From positions 149,096 through 213,095 of the forward strand of contig CAYVXV010000001.1 of assembly GCA_964455555.1 (NCBI GenBank): a DNA stretch of 64,000 nt, written 5' to 3'. This document shows, in pieces, positions 47,047 to 56,565 of the stretch; positions within the stretch are counted from its first letter, which is position 1, and each line of letters opens with the position of its first letter. A program made the translations under genes and the position numbers. Under the pieces are notes generated by a model. It was not told where the DNA came from, made no database searches, and saw nothing but the letters and a program-made list of their open reading frames with translations. This stretch comes from an uncultured Pseudomonadales bacterium. Lineage in GTDB: Bacteria > Patescibacteriota > Microgenomatia > UBA1400 > PJMF01.

Positions 47047-48135
47047 ATGTATAAAGCCAATTTCACCATCACCAACAACCTTCTCACTTACATAGCAAAA
47101 ATTGAGTCTGCCAAGGCTTTAATCGAGAATGCTCCGTTGGTTCCAGCATGGGAAGCTAAGTTCCGTGATGAGGCTATGACCAGGACTGTTCACTATGGCA
47201 CAAAAATTGAAGGCAATGACCTGACTGAAGAGCAGGCTCAGCAAGTAGTCCGCCTCAATGATGTGGTTGATACACACGAGATGATTAAGCGGACAGGAAT
47301 CATGGCCCGCGAACGGGATATTCAGGAAGTAATCAATTACAGAAATGTTTTGGCTTGGATTGACCGCCAGCAAAACCCTCAGTTTACCAAGGTTTTTAAC
47401 GAGGATACCCTTAAAACAGTTCATAAACTCACAGTCAACCGTTTAGTTGAGGATGAATACCAAGGAGAGTTTAGGGACAAGCAAGTAATCCTGAGGAGCC
47501 CTGTGGGAGACGTGGTCTTCCGGCCGCCGGTTTCAGTTGAAATTCCATATTTAGTCAGCGATTTTTTTGAGTGGTCGCAGACGGATGAGGCCAAGCGGCT
47601 GCATCCGGTTATCCGGGCGGCAATTACCCACTATCAGTTGGTTTATATTCATCCGTTTATTGAAGGCAACGGCAGGACAGCTAGAGCTATGGCCATGCTG
47701 CTGCTTTATGCCTCTGGTTATGATTTTAAGCGCTTTTTCTCGATTGAACAGTATTTTGACAGCGATGTCCAAGCTTACTATCAAGCCCTGCTTTCCGTAC
47801 AGCACACTCCGAGTAGTGACCTAACTTACTGGCTGGAATATTTTTGCTATGGATTAGCTATTGAAATTGATAAAGTTAAACAGCAGGTGCTTAAGCTTTC
47901 CCGCGACCTCAAACTTAAAAAAGAACTTGGCAAGCAAGTGGCACTCTCAGAGCGTCAAATCATCTTGTTGGAGCTGTTCCAGCAAAAAGAAGAGGTGACA
48001 TCCGACGAGATGCAGAAAGTTCTGCCCAATGTTTCCGTTGACACCATTTTGCGCGATGTCAAAGATTTGATTCAAAAAAATGTAATCGAAAAGCGGGGCG
48101 TAACTAAAGGAGTGACGTACCAGCTTGCAGATTAA
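47047..48135 (+). CDS. Fic-family protein (class II) with C-terminal wHTH
   Basis: Canonical HPFIEGNGRTAR; N-terminal inhibitory-type motif GTKIEGN; C-terminal LSERQ..DTILRDVKDLI. Confidence 0.92.
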   Translation: MYKANFTITNNLLTYIAKIESAKALIENAPLVPAWEAKFRDEAMTRTVHYGTKIEGNDLTEEQAQQVVRLNDVVDTHEMIKRTGIMARERDIQEVINYRNVLAWIDRQQNPQFTKVFNEDTLKTVHKLTVNRLVEDEYQGEFRDKQVILRSPVGDVVFRPPVSVEIPYLVSDFFEWSQTDEAKRLHPVIRAAITHYQLVYIHPFIEGNGRTARAMAMLLLYASGYDFKRFFSIEQYFDSDVQAYYQALLSVQHTPSSDLTYWLEYFCYGLAIEIDKVKQQVLKLSRDLKLKKELGKQVALSERQIILLELFQQKEEVTSDEMQKVLPNVSVDTILRDVKDLIQKNVIEKRGVTKGVTYQLAD

Positions 48136-48153
48136 TTTGTTAGACTATAGATC

Positions 48154-49956
48154 ATGACCTTCTCTCAATTTTCAGAATACCTGCAAACGATGGAGCAGTT
48201 GTCTTCCCGCCTGGAGATGACCGATGTTTTGGCAGCACTTTTCAAAGAGCTTGGCACTGATGAAATCAAGCCGGCCACATATCTGATGCAGGGCAGCCTG
48301 GTTCCTCCCTATCAATCGATGGAATTTCAGCTCTCCAGCAAAATGGTAATCCGGGCATTGGCTAAGCTGCCAAAAGAGGAAGAAAAATCTCACGAAACCA
48401 TCAATCTTTTTGGTGAAACCGACAGCAGCGGTGATGAGCAAGCAGTAAATAAAAAATTTAAGCAACTTGGTGATCTGGGTTTGGTGGCCCAGGAACTAAC
48501 TGCCGCTGCCGGCCGGAACGAAGACCGCCTTAGGCTGCTGGAAGTTTATGAAAAATTGGTAGAAATCGCCTGCTTTTCCGGCAGCGGCTCGCAGTCGCAA
48601 AAGGTTGAGGGTTTAGCCGCTTTACTGAAGCAGCTCAGTCCTTTGGGAGCTAAGTTTGTGACCAGAATAGTTATTGGCAAGCTCCGGCTGGGCTTTTCTA
48701 CCATGACTATCCTGGATGCGCTTTCCTGGGCTGCTACCGGGGGAAAAAGTCACCGGGATCTTTTGGAGCTGGCTTACCAAAAGCGGGCAGATGCCGGCGA
48801 GTTGGCTCAGTTTTATCTTTCCAACCGCAGTAATCTTCAAAACGGCAGCAGTGCTGAAAAATTGCTGGCAGAGTACACGGTAGAAGTTGGAATTCCCGTA
48901 GTTCCGGCTTTGTGCCAACGCTTGAACACCGCCGGTGAAATTATCGAAAAAATGGGCTGTGTTATTGCCGAGCCCAAATATGACGGCCTTAGAATTCAAA
49001 TCCACTTTCTCCGTCATCCGGCTGAAAACCAGCAAGCCATCACTGCTTATACCCGCAATTTGGAAGACATCTCGCACATGTTTCCGGAGCTGCAGGAAAT
49101 AGGAGAAAGCCTGAATTGTGACAGCTGTATTCTTGATGCTGAGGTAATCGGCTTTAATCCTGAGACAGGCAAGCTCTTGCCGTTTCAGCAGACAATCACC
49201 AGAAAACGCAAGCATGGCATTAGCGAAGCAGTTACTAAGGTCCCGGTCCGGTTCTATATTTTTGACGTTATTAAGGTTGATCATCGGCCTCTGATTGCTG
49301 AGCCGCTGCGTTCCAGGAAAACTACCTTGAGGGAAGTGCTTCATCACAGTGAAATATTTGTTTATACGCCAACTTTGGAAACCTGCGATCCGGTAGAACT
49401 TCATAATTTCCACGAAGAACTGCTTAAAGATGGTTTAGAAGGCGCAGTTATCAAGAAGGTTGACGGCGATTACCAAGGCGGCCGCAAAGGCTGGAAGTGG
49501 GTAAAAATTAAGGAAACAGAAGGGGCCTCGGGAAAACTTTCTGACACTCTTGACCTGATTGTTCTAGGTTACTATTCAGGCAGGGGAAAGCGGGTGGCTT
49601 TGGGCATCGGCGCTTTCTTAGTCGGCACTTTGGTTAAAGAAGGGAATGATGTTGAGATTAAAACAGTCGCCAAAATTGGCACAGGCTTGACGGATGATCA
49701 ATTCAGGGAGATGAAGCTGCGGATAGATAATCTGGCAGCAGAGAAAAAACCCAAGCAATATGATGTCCCCAAAGGCTTGATTCCTGATGTCTGGGCTGAA
49801 CCGGAGCTGGTTGTAGAAATTGCTGCGGATGAAGTGACACAGTCGCCGCTGCATACAGCTAAAGTAGCCTTGCGGTTCCCCCGGTTGGTTAAATTCAGGG
49901 AAGATAAAACTTGGGATCAGGCTACTACGGTCGAGGAAATAAAGTCTTTAAAATAA
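48154..49956 (+). CDS. ATP-dependent DNA ligase (full-length, archaeal/eukaryotic-like architecture)
   Basis: EPKYDGLRIQIH, LDAEV, FDV, EGAVIK, WVKIK, DTLDLIVLG, ALRFPR..REDK; N-terminal DNA-binding domain present. Confidence 0.93.
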   Translation: MTFSQFSEYLQTMEQLSSRLEMTDVLAALFKELGTDEIKPATYLMQGSLVPPYQSMEFQLSSKMVIRALAKLPKEEEKSHETINLFGETDSSGDEQAVNKKFKQLGDLGLVAQELTAAAGRNEDRLRLLEVYEKLVEIACFSGSGSQSQKVEGLAALLKQLSPLGAKFVTRIVIGKLRLGFSTMTILDALSWAATGGKSHRDLLELAYQKRADAGELAQFYLSNRSNLQNGSSAEKLLAEYTVEVGIPVVPALCQRLNTAGEIIEKMGCVIAEPKYDGLRIQIHFLRHPAENQQAITAYTRNLEDISHMFPELQEIGESLNCDSCILDAEVIGFNPETGKLLPFQQTITRKRKHGISEAVTKVPVRFYIFDVIKVDHRPLIAEPLRSRKTTLREVLHHSEIFVYTPTLETCDPVELHNFHEELLKDGLEGAVIKKVDGDYQGGRKGWKWVKIKETEGASGKLSDTLDLIVLGYYSGRGKRVALGIGAFLVGTLVKEGNDVEIKTVAKIGTGLTDDQFREMKLRIDNLAAEKKPKQYDVPKGLIPDVWAEPELVVEIAADEVTQSPLHTAKVALRFPRLVKFREDKTWDQATTVEEIKSLK

Positions 49957-49971
49957 AACTGCCACAAGGTT

Positions 49972-50703
49972 TTAACGGTAACGGTCATCCATAGGGTAAA
50001 GCTTATTTTGTTTTTCGCTGGAAAGCCTCACCCCGAGCAAATGGGCTAAGCCTACTTGAGCCTGATCAACAACACTTTTCAGTGAGCCGCGCTTTTCAAT
50101 CCTTCTCATGTGCATCGTAAAAAACAGCTTGTCAAAAACCCGGAATTTGTATCCTTGGGCTACGCCCCTTTCCATAAATTCACTGCCTTCATTAACTCTT
50201 AGGCTCGTGTCAAAACCTCCAAGCAGATTGAATTTCTCCCGGTTGCAGCCAAACAACCCCTCTGTCACGAAAGGCTTAGCGGTATGTTCCATTATTTTGC
50301 TGTACCAAAACACCGCCACCAGCATCAGAGTATAAATTATTTTTGGAGGGTAAGGTTTATCGTTTGTGCTGAAGAAATCTGCCTTGGAGCGGCTGATCTC
50401 TGCTGAAAGTTTTTCCAGAAAATCTTTTTCAAGTCTAATGTCAGCATCCATGAAGAGCAGCCATGGGTTTTTGGCCTGGCCAGCCCCGACATTGCGCTGA
50501 AAGCTGGGGCTGCGCACATCTACGGTCAAGGTTCTCAGGTTAAGCTGTTTCTTGAAGCTCGAGGCAATCTCAACGGTTTTATCCGCAGAGTTGGCATCAA
50601 TATGAATCACCTCAAACTCCCGGTAGGTCTGCTCAGCCAGGTTATTCAGCAGTTTAGGGAGGTATTTCTCCTCATTTAGTGTTGGTATGATGATTGAAAA
50701 CAT
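49972..50703 (-). CDS. Glycosyltransferase family 2
   Basis: SIIIPTLNEE, IDANSADKT, QRNVGA, FMDAD. Confidence 0.9.
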   Translation of the reverse strand: MFSIIIPTLNEEKYLPKLLNNLAEQTYREFEVIHIDANSADKTVEIASSFKKQLNLRTLTVDVRSPSFQRNVGAGQAKNPWLLFMDADIRLEKDFLEKLSAEISRSKADFFSTNDKPYPPKIIYTLMLVAVFWYSKIMEHTAKPFVTEGLFGCNREKFNLLGGFDTSLRVNEGSEFMERGVAQGYKFRVFDKLFFTMHMRRIEKRGSLKSVVDQAQVGLAHLLGVRLSSEKQNKLYPMDDRYR

Positions 50704-50775
50704 ATTTGCTCTATAATTCTAGCAATGATTCGCTCAATCACAACAACAGACCAGTAGAGGATAGTTTATGCGGTT

Positions 50776-51561
50776 TTGCCTGCCTTTATTGAAAAAAAAG
50801 TAAGAAAGAAAAACGAAACAGTAGTTTTGCTTCATGGCCTTGGTGGTGACCTGAGTGTTTGGCAGCCTCTGGTGAAAATTTTAAATCAGTTGGGTTATTC
50901 ATGTATAAGTTTAGATTTAAGAGGCCACGGCAAATCTTCCCGTCCCGGCAAGCTTATTGACTATGATTTTGACCGCCTGGGCCAGGACGTTATAGAGGTG
51001 ATGGAAGCAGAAGGAAGCACTTCTGTCATTTTAGTAGGCCACTGTTTGGGGGCAATTGTGGCACAACACGCGGCAATTGCCCGCCCGGAAAAAATCAGCA
51101 AACTAATCCTACTGGCACCCACCTATAAAACTTATGCCTGGGCCAAGCTGATCAACAGTAAAAATCTGCTGATTCGGATTGGCGGCCGGATAGCTGAATT
51201 ATTACCAAGCAGCCATTATCAGCGCCGGTTCGATTCGCATCAATTTTGGAGGGGAACCACAGATTTTTCCGGCCGCCGCCTTGCAGGAGATTTGGCCAGA
51301 ACTTCGCTGAGGAGCTACAGTTTCCTGACGCTGAATGTGCTGAAATTGGATATAGCAGACCGCTTGGTTAGTGCTGCCGGGGTTAAATCACTGATCATTA
51401 TGGGCAAAAAAGATCACGTTATTCCTCCTTCAATCGCAGAAGAGTACCGGCTTTACTGGCCGCAAACTGAAATTCATTATTTAGAAAAAACCAATCACCA
51501 ATTGCTGTTCAACAACTTTAATTTAGTGGCAAAAAAACTGGCCGTTTGGATAGAAAAATAA
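50776..51561 (+). CDS. Alpha/beta-fold hydrolase with Cys nucleophile motif
   Basis: LLHGLGG, DLRGHGKS, GHCLG, GKKDHVIP, TNHQ. Confidence 0.85.
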   Translation: MPAFIEKKVRKKNETVVLLHGLGGDLSVWQPLVKILNQLGYSCISLDLRGHGKSSRPGKLIDYDFDRLGQDVIEVMEAEGSTSVILVGHCLGAIVAQHAAIARPEKISKLILLAPTYKTYAWAKLINSKNLLIRIGGRIAELLPSSHYQRRFDSHQFWRGTTDFSGRRLAGDLARTSLRSYSFLTLNVLKLDIADRLVSAAGVKSLIIMGKKDHVIPPSIAEEYRLYWPQTEIHYLEKTNHQLLFNNFNLVAKKLAVWIEK

Positions 51562-51562
51562 A

Positions 51563-52444
51563 CTAATTGATTTCCAACTCTTTGAGTGAATTAAAAACCT
51601 TGCGGGCATGTTGAAGCTGCTTGGATGACGCGCTTCGGATATAGCGGTTGAGCTGGGTTAATATGGAAACTGCATCATCATCGTAGTAGCCGCCGCCTTT
51701 CATCACATACCCGAAATCATCAGTGCTAAAATCAGCTCCCTGAATATATTTAAGCAAGAGTGTGCCGGTTGACCGAGCCATTTTTAAGGTGCCTTCTTTC
51801 TTCATTCTTCTGAGTGAATAATAGTATCTTGGCTCGCGGAAAACAAAGTAAGTGAAGCCGGAATCAACGGCTTGATGTAAAAATCTTGCGTCTTCATATA
51901 CCTTTTGTGACTCGTCAAATTTAATGGTATTGAATACTTTTTTTTGTGCTCCGATCATTGCCCCGAAGGCAGCCTCCTGGCCTATGCTCTTAAATAGTTC
52001 AAAGCTGAAGTTAATTGACTTTTCTATTGCTTGATCCAGCCTCGCCCCATTGTCATTTATTTTGACCCAGGTAGTGAACACATCAGTTTCGGGATGTTTG
52101 GCAAGTTGGTACTTAATGCCGTCTAAAAAGTAAGCTGGCAGGCGGTTGTCCGCATCCATAAAAATTACCCATTGGGCTGCAGCTTTGGTTACACCGTGAT
52201 TGCGCTGATAACTAACATTCTGCACCTCGGTGGAGAGGATTTTCATGGGCATAATTGAAGAAAATTCTTTGGCTTTGGCAAGGGTGCTGTCAGTTGAGCT
52301 GCCATCGACAACTATTACTTCGAAAGCCTGATTGGTTTGGTTGGCAAGGTCTGAGAGCAGCCTCGGCAGCCTTTTTTCTTCATTCAGCGTGGGAATAATA
52401 ATTGAAAAATAAGGCTGGTTTTGTAATTCCTTTGACTTAGTCAT
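51563..52444 (-). CDS. Glycosyltransferase family 2
   Basis: FSIIIPTLNEE, VDGSSTD, QRNHG, FMDAD, YED; start moved to MTKSKE because the longer ORF overlaps pth. Confidence 0.9.
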   Translation of the reverse strand: MTKSKELQNQPYFSIIIPTLNEEKRLPRLLSDLANQTNQAFEVIVVDGSSTDSTLAKAKEFSSIMPMKILSTEVQNVSYQRNHGVTKAAAQWVIFMDADNRLPAYFLDGIKYQLAKHPETDVFTTWVKINDNGARLDQAIEKSINFSFELFKSIGQEAAFGAMIGAQKKVFNTIKFDESQKVYEDARFLHQAVDSGFTYFVFREPRYYYSLRRMKKEGTLKMARSTGTLLLKYIQGADFSTDDFGYVMKGGGYYDDDAVSILTQLNRYIRSASSKQLQHARKVFNSLKELEIN

Positions 52445-52483
52445 TGCAGCAGCCATTATACCGCAGATGGTACAATCTAAACT

Positions 52484-53035
52484 ATGAAAGTAGCAATTGG
52501 CCTTGGAAACCCTGAGCCAACCTATCGGAATACCCGACATAACGCCGGAAAGATGTTTGTGGACCGTTTGGCCAGAGAGTTTCTTTGCAGCCAATTTGAA
52601 ACCAATACCAGGATCGAGGCCTCTGTTTGTAAGGCAGGCAATTATGTTTTTGCTAAGCCGCTAACATATATGAACGAGTCCGGCCGGCCGGCCAGGGCGC
52701 TGATAGATTTTTATAAGATAGAAACCAGTCAGGTGTATGCCATTCATGATGATTTAGACCTGGAACTGGGTCAGTATAAAATCCAGTTTGGCAAAGGACC
52801 GGAAGGCCACAATGGCCTGCTTTCCTTCTACCAGCATTTAGGTACTAAAAACATCTGGCACGTTCGGATTGGGGTTGATGGCCGGGAAGGCGACCGGTCC
52901 ATGAGCCCCAGCGGGTATGTTTTGCAGCAGTTTACTCCGGCTGAGTTGAATATATTTGATTCGATGAGCAATGAACTGGTCAAAGAACTCTCCTCACATC
53001 TCAAAATGAACCACTCCAGCCAGCCGCTTTCTTAA
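52484..53035 (+). CDS. pth: Peptidyl-tRNA hydrolase
   Basis: GLGNP..TRHNAG, KPLTYMNESG, HDDLD, GHNGL, RIGV. Confidence 0.96.
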   Translation: MKVAIGLGNPEPTYRNTRHNAGKMFVDRLAREFLCSQFETNTRIEASVCKAGNYVFAKPLTYMNESGRPARALIDFYKIETSQVYAIHDDLDLELGQYKIQFGKGPEGHNGLLSFYQHLGTKNIWHVRIGVDGREGDRSMSPSGYVLQQFTPAELNIFDSMSNELVKELSSHLKMNHSSQPLS

Positions 53036-53088
53036 CCCTAGCCAATCATTTCCCCGACTAGCTCTTCATTGGTAAGTTTAATTAGGGT

Positions 53089-54330
53089 ATGCTAGATTTC
53101 ATGCCCCGTTATAGAGAGCATCATTTATCTTTGCCTTTTTTTAATGTAGATCGCAGCCGGAACATGAGGTTGCTGCATTTGCTGCGAGTTACCCGTGATT
53201 TAACCAACAAATTTGCCCTATTTTTCCTGCCAATTTATCTTTTTCAGCTTGGCATGGAGACTAGCCTGCTGCAATTTTTGCCGGTCAGCCCTCTTCAACG
53301 CGGCTTGTTGACGATTGCGTTTTACTATATTTCCACCGGCATAGTCGGTATTGCGCTCAGCATTCCTTTTGGCAGGCTGGTTTCAAAGATAGGTTATCAG
53401 CGGGCCCTGGTGCTTTCTGATGCCATGAGGCTTGTTCAATTTTTAGGTTTGTTTTACCTGCACTCAAATCCATTTTTTATGCTTTTTGTGGCTGTAGCCT
53501 TAATAGATGGCGCCAACTCACTGTTTTTTTGGAGCAGTTACTGGACTATCCTGAGCAAACAGGCTAGGAGAAACCGCATGGGTGGAGACTTGGGGCTGCT
53601 GCAGCTGCTGCTGCAGATTGTAGCGGTAGTCACGCCTGCACTCAGCGGTATTTTAGCTTTGCTTCTCGGTTTAGAAATGCTTTTCTTGGCTGGAGTGGCC
53701 TTTGCTTTAATTTCAATGATTATTGTGCTGTTTATGGACACCGAAGAGGTTAAATATACGGTTAGCTGGAAGGAATTCAGGCGTTGGCTGCACGAGCGCC
53801 GGTATGAGCGTTTGGCTCTATCTATGGCTGGCAAATATATCAATGACGCAACTGTATTTATCTGGCCTCTTTATGTTTTTCTGCTGCTTGGTTCTGTGGA
53901 CAAGGTGGGCTACCTTTATACGATTTCACTGTTTTTGGCTATGATAGTAGTCTTCTTTACCGGAACATATCTAGATAAATCAAAGAATAAAAAACCGTTT
54001 TTCTTGTCCGGGGGTCTACTGGCGGCGGTTTGGCTGGCCAAAACCCAAGTGGTTACTGTCTGGGGTATAGCTATATCGGATGCAGTTGAGCGGCTGTCTT
54101 CAAACGTTCATGGGCTTTACTTTGATGTAGCCGTTCTAAAGCGGGGCAAAGGCTCCAAGGCAATCTGTTATTTTATTTACCGTGAGCTGCTAATAAGTGG
54201 AGTCAAAGTAGTTTTTTGGTCTCTTTTTGCTATCTTTTTCCTCTTATTTGGAGAATGGAAGGCGCTTTTTGTTTTTGCCAGCCTTGGTGTTATGTTGAGC
54301 TTGCTGATTAAAGAATCTAAATTAGATTAA
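53089..54330 (+). CDS. MFS transporter
   Basis: About 12 hydrophobic segments; GRLVSKIGYQR (motif A-like) and GTYLDK repeat. Confidence 0.8.
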   Translation: MLDFMPRYREHHLSLPFFNVDRSRNMRLLHLLRVTRDLTNKFALFFLPIYLFQLGMETSLLQFLPVSPLQRGLLTIAFYYISTGIVGIALSIPFGRLVSKIGYQRALVLSDAMRLVQFLGLFYLHSNPFFMLFVAVALIDGANSLFFWSSYWTILSKQARRNRMGGDLGLLQLLLQIVAVVTPALSGILALLLGLEMLFLAGVAFALISMIIVLFMDTEEVKYTVSWKEFRRWLHERRYERLALSMAGKYINDATVFIWPLYVFLLLGSVDKVGYLYTISLFLAMIVVFFTGTYLDKSKNKKPFFLSGGLLAAVWLAKTQVVTVWGIAISDAVERLSSNVHGLYFDVAVLKRGKGSKAICYFIYRELLISGVKVVFWSLFAIFFLLFGEWKALFVFASLGVMLSLLIKESKLD

Positions 54331-54358
54331 ATACAGCTTGCTATAATAGAACAACTCC

Positions 54359-54724
54359 ATGTCCGCACAGGATAAAACACCATCAGCTAAAAAGCGGGGC
54401 GCTGAAGAAGCAGCTTCCCTGGAACAAATCTTTTCCGGTTATCAAATTAAGGAAGACAAAGGGTATATTACCCAGGAATTCCAAGACTTTGGTTACCGCT
54501 TAGCTTTAGAATTGAACGACCTCAAGCACAAAAGTTTATATATAAAGATGGCTAAGGATGAAGACAGGGGCATTCTTGAGAGAGCGCTTTCGTTTGTAAG
54601 CGATGCCAATAATGCGAAAAGCAAGGCTCGGCTTTTTATGTGGAAAGTCAAGGAGCTCAAAAAGGAAAAAGCCAGCCGTATTAAGGAACAAACTCCGGAA
54701 GAGGAACAACCGCCGCTTTTCTAG
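54359..54724 (+). CDS. Hypothetical small soluble protein
   Basis: 121 aa, EFQDFGYRLA..LYIKMAK..ARLFMWK; own extended -10 (TGCTATAAT). Confidence 0.7.
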   Translation: MSAQDKTPSAKKRGAEEAASLEQIFSGYQIKEDKGYITQEFQDFGYRLALELNDLKHKSLYIKMAKDEDRGILERALSFVSDANNAKSKARLFMWKVKELKKEKASRIKEQTPEEEQPPLF

Positions 54725-54736
54725 TACAATACACCC

Positions 54737-56002
54737 ATGGCTAATAACCGCGGAACAAACATTTTTATTGCCGCTCTGTTTCTTTTAACATTGTTAATGG
54801 GCTACAACTATTTTGCCCGGCCGTTTGGCAGCCCGGCTGATACCGTTGGTAGCCAAGAGGATTTAGAACCGTCTGCCCAAGAGGTTCAGGAAACCAACCC
54901 CCAAAGCATCTTTGCTTTATTGTCTCCCCACCAAAAAGTAGTGCAGATGATTGCGGCACCCGCCACCGTGGCAAATACATCCGGCACCAGCGCCGCAGCA
55001 GCCGCAACACCCAGCGCCGCCACTGAAACGGCAACTTCGCGCCAGACAAACCCAACTGCCTCAGGATCAGCTGAGGCTTGGATAGAGAAGAACAACCCAG
55101 GATTCATCACTCTTTTTGGCGATAATATTGATAGGCAGGCAGCTGAGGATGCAATTGGCAGGTATAAGTCGCTGGCCAGGCTTTGGCAGCAGCCTTTGGT
55201 TAGCGCAGTTGCCGTAGATCACGAAGGCGGCAATGTTCAACGCTTAAGCGGGACTGGATTTACCAAATTGCCAAGCTGGCAGGCTTTTTGCCGTTTGGAT
55301 GTGGTAGAGCGCGATGGGCTGCTGCAGCTTTCAAGCCAGGAACTAAACTTAGTGAAGGTTGACTTAGTTTTTGCCCCAATGCTGGATGTGGCAGCCAATA
55401 ACCCAGCCCTAGGATCAAGAGCCTGCAGTGGAGAGTATGAAACTGTGTTGGAGCATGCTACTGAGTTTACAGCTGCATTTAATGGCCGTGGCATTACCAC
55501 TGTTTTTAAGCATTTTCCGGGCATAGGGGCAACAACCCGGGATTTGCATTTCAGCTTTGACCGCATAGAGGTTAAGCAGCAGGACAGCCAACTTTACCGC
55601 GTACTCTTGGACACGTTTCAAGACTCTGCTGTGATGGTAAGCCATGCAGGTGTAATTAATCAGTTTCCGAATGTGCCTTGCTCCCTAAGCAAGCAGTGCG
55701 TCGGTGAATTGTATGCGGTATTTCCAGAAGTGATAACCTTTACAGATGCTCTGAACATGCGTTCGGCTGCTTATTCCTCAACCGGGCCAGAAAAAGAACT
55801 GCTGCAAGTAGCAGAGGAGGCAGTGCTGGCGGGCAACTCAGTCCTGGTTTTTGAAAAAGGCATGACAGAAGCCAGCTTGGAAGAACTCACTGAAGCTTTG
55901 ACTCAGAGATATCTGGACAGCCCTGAGTTTAGGCAGGCAGTTGATAAGAGTGTGATGAAAATAATCGAGTATAAGTTTTCCCGCAATCTTACGATACAAT
56001 AG
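54737..56002 (+). CDS. Membrane-anchored GH3 beta-N-acetylglucosaminidase (NagZ-like)
   Basis: AVDHEGGNVQRL, FAPMLDV, KHFPGIG..DLH, VMVSHA, FTDALNM; N-terminal TM and Ala/Thr linker. Confidence 0.88.
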   Translation: MANNRGTNIFIAALFLLTLLMGYNYFARPFGSPADTVGSQEDLEPSAQEVQETNPQSIFALLSPHQKVVQMIAAPATVANTSGTSAAAAATPSAATETATSRQTNPTASGSAEAWIEKNNPGFITLFGDNIDRQAAEDAIGRYKSLARLWQQPLVSAVAVDHEGGNVQRLSGTGFTKLPSWQAFCRLDVVERDGLLQLSSQELNLVKVDLVFAPMLDVAANNPALGSRACSGEYETVLEHATEFTAAFNGRGITTVFKHFPGIGATTRDLHFSFDRIEVKQQDSQLYRVLLDTFQDSAVMVSHAGVINQFPNVPCSLSKQCVGELYAVFPEVITFTDALNMRSAAYSSTGPEKELLQVAEEAVLAGNSVLVFEKGMTEASLEELTEALTQRYLDSPEFRQAVDKSVMKIIEYKFSRNLTIQ

Positions 56003-56028
56003 AGGCAGCAGAATCGGATTATAGCTTT

Positions 56029-56559
56029 ATGAAACGCATTAACCGGATCTTTTTAACACAGCTTATTTTTCCCTTAATTTATGGGTTGGTTTTTTATTTC
56101 TTTTCTGCAATAGAAGAACCCAATCCGGTGCTTTCCCTATTTTTATTTACTGCTGGCCTATACATTGGACAAGCAATTTTATGGCTGGATGCCAAATGGT
56201 TTTACCAGTATTACAATCCTCCCAGTGATGTTGAGCCCTTAACTGCTGAAACAGAAGAACTGCCGCCCACTTCGGATATACCGGAGCTGATAACCCGCTC
56301 ACTGCTATTTATGCTGTCACTTATTCCTTTGAGTATCTACATTCTGACCTCGACCGGCAGTACTCTGGGTGTAGGTGTATTGCTGGGTATTTTAGTGGGT
56401 TTGTCTATTGAAATAATTGTCCTGAAAAACGACCTACTGTTATTTCAACAGCACTTTTTCTTCCAGCTTAGGCGGGTGGCTTCAGAAAAAGAAACTGACC
56501 GCTTCATTTATGGCTTTGTCATATTTACTGCTTTGGTGAGTGCTGTGGTATTACTCTAG
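56029..56559 (+). CDS. Hypothetical membrane protein
   Basis: 176 aa, about 5 hydrophobic helices. Confidence 0.65.
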   Translation: MKRINRIFLTQLIFPLIYGLVFYFFSAIEEPNPVLSLFLFTAGLYIGQAILWLDAKWFYQYYNPPSDVEPLTAETEELPPTSDIPELITRSLLFMLSLIPLSIYILTSTGSTLGVGVLLGILVGLSIEIIVLKNDLLLFQQHFFFQLRRVASEKETDRFIYGFVIFTALVSAVVLL

Positions 56560-56565
56560 GTTCTT

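Noticed and set aside
48622-49413. 263-aa antisense ORF
   Set aside because: Lies wholly opposite the well-supported DNA ligase and has no recognisable motifs; shadow ORF.
52445-52594. N-terminal extension of GT2 overlapping pth
   Set aside because: It overlaps pth on the opposite strand; back-to-back -10 boxes at 52455-52460 and 52471-52476 support the shorter start.
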